Source of the DNA: the human T2T-CHM13v2.0 reference genome, Homo sapiens
Assembly (NCBI RefSeq): GCF_009914755.1
Contig: NC_060929.1
Strand: one strand, 5' to 3'
Length of the DNA: 64,000 nucleotides
Both the position numbers and the translations under genes were made by a program. Position 1 is the stretch's first letter; the number at the start of each line of letters is the position of its first letter. The notes under the pieces are model-generated. The model did no database searches. It was not told the DNA's origin and worked only from the letters and a program-made list of their open reading frames with translations. Positions 60,131-64,000 of this stretch are shown piece by piece.

Positions 60131-61472
60131 TCAGCATAAAGAGAGAGAGAGAAAGAGAGAGAACTCAGGAGCTGGTCTAAGAGACAAGACACTGAGTTGT
60201 GTTACAGCACTATGATCAAGCTTGCTTGTGTCCAGATTGTTCTTCCAAGTCAATATTATAGCTGAAATTTTTTAAAAAGAAAAAGTTACCTCTTAGAGAC
60301 CTGTCAAGAGTGTAAATTACTTGAACACTAAGTCTGTGGGCTGTCTTTTCTGAGCCTGGCTTCAGTTTCTCTATGTACTCCATTTCTAGAATATTAGTAG
60401 GCACCAGAGAAAGAATCCACTGTTATCTTCCAAATCAGCATCTTGGCCTCGCGGGGAAAGAGCCCACCCAGCAGGTTTTTAATTGCCTGTATAGCTAACC
60501 ATTCAAATATCTTTGCTGTCTTCTCTTTTTTTGAATGGCATGACTCATCAGACCACCAGGTAAAAAGCCCCAGGTCAGCAACCCAGCAGCCAGGGAGTGC
60601 ATACATAATGGTTCTTAAAGTCTCTCATTTCAAGTTTTTGTAGTTTGCTCTTGCCAAGCAGAAAGCAACTTTTACATAGTACAGATTTATTGAGATACCA
60701 CAAGCCTCACCCAGTTGAGATTAAGCCTAATATGAAAATACAAATTGGTTTTCCATGCTAAGAAAACCAAAGCTATGGACATTTCCTCAGAGCCCAATAT
60801 TTCACCATATGGACTAAAGCCTCTGTCTTAGTTGTAGGTCATATGTCAACAGGAGAGTTGTTTATTTTTTTAACCATGTGTCACATGACCCAACTACATC
60901 ATCTGTAGTAATTTTCTGGAGTGAACCAGACAACTAGGACCCTCTTTCAAACACAAATCCCGAGAGAAGGTCAAATTGGCAGCTGTTGTGTTTCTCTGAA
61001 TGGGCTGTTGTAATTTAAATGTCTCATTCCATGGGGAGCTAAGGAAAGTGACATAACCCAGAAGAAGCTCGGAAGTGAGAGTGTTTGTGGGGGTGGCTGC
61101 CCTCCTATCCTGAGTCTCTGGAGTCAATGAATGTGCTTCAGGAGTAGTCCTAGGAGCTCAGGACAAGCTTCTTGGGAGGTTTCTTTAAAAGGAAAAGAGA
61201 AGTTAGGCTGCAAATAGGTGGATATGATGGCAGGCTGTTCTTAATATTGTCTTCCTCAGAAAGTATTTTTAAGTAACTAATTATAGATGTCTGTTATGTT
61301 ACATTCTCTATTGTGAGAAAAGAGGAAGTTGGACATCTTGAACCAAATCCGTAATACAATGAATGGAAGGCGTCTAGACAGCAGTAACAGGCAAAGATCA
61401 AGCTGAGTCTAGTAAACTGCTTTAACTCAGCCAAGAAGAATATCACTAAGCACTCCCTAATTCCTTTCTTTC

Positions 61473-61504
<32 letters not shown>

Positions 61505-61749
61505 AAGTAGAGTTTGTTACAAAGGACCTAAAACCAGACATGCAAACTATCACTTCAATGTGGTGGTCAAATTTTCTCATGAAGTGTGGATCTTAATTTT
61601 TATTCTAAAATTTCAATCTTTAAACTGTACACTGAATCAGTTTTTCTATACACTAAACGGTATCATTCATCTAGCATTCAAGAATGCCTAATATACTTGG
61701 TTTGTTGTATCATACTCCAAGTGGCACAATGCTATATTAAAACCCTTAA

Positions 61750-62071
<322 letters not shown>

Positions 62072-63048
62072 AGGCATAACTCTTAATATTGGCTGAATAC
62101 TCAAGGTAGGATTTTTACTACTTATTAATATTTTTTGAAGAAAACTAATTAGCATGATCTTTTGGTTGGGCTAAGAGCATGTTATAAATTAATATTTTAT
62201 TAATTACATTGAACAGTAGTGTGTACAATAAATATCTTGGATATTTTCTAGTTAAAGAATTTCACTTGTAAGATTAAGATTGCTATTAAAGCTAACATTT
62301 ATGATAGGATCATAATAAGATTAAGAAAGTTTTTAAAGACTCTGCCTCTGTAAAAGCATAAAGTTACTGAGTGAAAGGGTCTAATGATTATGGTATAATG
62401 TCATTTGCCATATTCCACACCTTACCATGAACTCTGAGTTTATATTCCAAGTGATATCTAGTACCAATTTCAATTCCAAAGGATCTAGAAGTTACTCATA
62501 TTTAATCATTTATGTTATATATTGAACCAATTTCTCATCCTCTGTGAGGACTGCCTCTTAAGTTTTATAAACCTGAAATTTCCCCCTAGGGCCATGTCCA
62601 TCTGTACCCAAGTGCTCTGCGTTTCTTGGATCAAGGTGTTCTATTTACAGGCTTTGAATTGCCATGCAGCGTCCATTGATTTCAGATCATGGGTGGAAGT
62701 TTGGATAAAGAAGTCATTATCACTTGCCTGTGGACCTCCGTAGACATGGGGTCTCATCCTACTCTGTTCCTACCCTCATTTGACTCTCAAATCCAGGACT
62801 ACTTCTTTAGCATAGCTTGGCAGTGGAGCACACCCAACGAAGCTTTAATGACTGATTCCAAAATGATGATTTCAGAGTAAGCATGGGAATCTCATCAGGC
62901 CTTCATCTGGAGCTCTTTTCCAAAGTAAATAGTTAGGTAGGTAGTCTGCTCTCATGGAGGTGAAGCATAGCTCCCTGCTAAGCTTGTCCTATAGTAGCTT
63001 CTTTCCAAAGGGCGCTATTTTTGTTTGCTGGACTCAGAATTGGAACAG

Positions 63049-64000
63049 AGGAGGAGGAGCGAGATGGCCAAATGGAAACCTCTACTGATTGTCCTCCCCA
63101 TAGAACGCTAAATTGAATAATTGCCCACACAAAAAAGCACCTTCATAATATCCAAAAATCAGGTGAGTGACCACGGTACCTGGTTTTAACCTCAGATCAC
63201 TGAAAGAGGCACTTAAGAAGATAGAAAAGACAGCCTTGAATTGCTGACACCACCCTACCCTCAACTCCCAGCAGCTGCCATGTGGTGCTGAGAGAAGATC
63301 TGTGCTCTTGGTGGGGAGAGTGCAGTGATTGTGGGACTTAGCATTGGAACTCATTGCTGCCCTGTCAGAAAAGCAACACTGTATAGAACTTAGTCAATGC
63401 CTATGGAGGGAGCATATACACCAGCCCTAGCCAGAGTGGACTCACCCATCCCAGTTGTTGGACCCTTTCTTCTAGCAAGCCCCACCACCATGGGCTAAGA
63501 TGCTATGGGGTCCTAAGTAAACTTGAAAGACAGTCTAGGCCAAGAGGACTGCAATTCCTTGGCAAGTCCTGGTGCTGTGCTGGACTCGAGAAAGTAGACT
63601 TGGGGAACACGTGACCCAGCGAGACACTGGCTAGGACAGCCGAGGGTGTGCTTGCACCACCACTCCCAAAACCCCAGGTAGCACAGCTCACAGCTCTGGG
63701 AGAGACTTCTTTCTGCTTAAAATGAGGAGAAGGAAGAATAAAGAGGACTTTGTCTTGTAACTTGGATACCAGCTCAACCACAGTAGGATAGAGCACTAGC
63801 CGGAGACTTGAGGCTCCCATTCCAGGCCCTAGCTCCTAATGTTATTTCTAGACACACCCTGGGCCAGAAGAGAACCAGCTGCCTTAAAGAGAAGGACTCA
63901 GTCCTGCCACAATTCATTAACTACTGACTAAAAAGCCCTTTGGCCCTGCATAGTTAGCAGTGGTAGCTAGACAGTACTTGCTATGGGCCTTGGGTGAGAT
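63049..64000 (+). mobile_element. 5' UTR of a second old L1 (L1M1/L1MA-type), running off the window
   Basis: ggaggagcgagatggcc start (YY1-like), aaaagcaccttcataa...aaaaatcaggtgag...gtacctggttttaac, as recalled for L1M1 5' ends. Confidence 0.75.

Noticed and set aside
63002-63018. CTCF-like motif tttccaaagggcgctat
   Set aside because: Only the 3' half matches; cannot be supported without ChIP data.

Overview
Primate (human/great-ape-like) AT-rich genomic DNA with no recognisable intact protein-coding or structural RNA gene. The first 17.7 kb is a four-level nested insertion. A full-length old L1 (L1MA-type, 1340-17683, 16-bp TSD) was interrupted in ORF1 by an ST13/Hip processed pseudogene (2626-12375, 16-bp TSD). 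That pseudogene was split inside its CDS by an antisense HERV-IP10F(H)/LTR10F-type provirus (2933-10101, CCAT TSD, tRNA-Pro PBS). The provirus in turn carries a solo HERV-W LTR17 in env and two AluY elements. Its two LTRs differ strongly in an AP-1 (TGAGTCA) tandem array: about 11 units with 7 perfect sites versus 4 units. The rest of the window is intergenic or intronic-type sequence with Alus, MIR/L2, MaLR and hAT remnants, a short L1PA 3' end and a second L1 5' end. It also has a few structural oddities: a spacer-poor inverted Alu fusion replacing the L1 endonuclease region, a 44-bp-arm palindrome in unique DNA, and a micro-inversion inside an AluJ. I cannot establish a genuinely new biological system from sequence alone. 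The best candidate for function is the LTR10F AP-1 array. Repeat subfamily names come from recall of consensus sequences and need Dfam/RepeatMasker confirmation.
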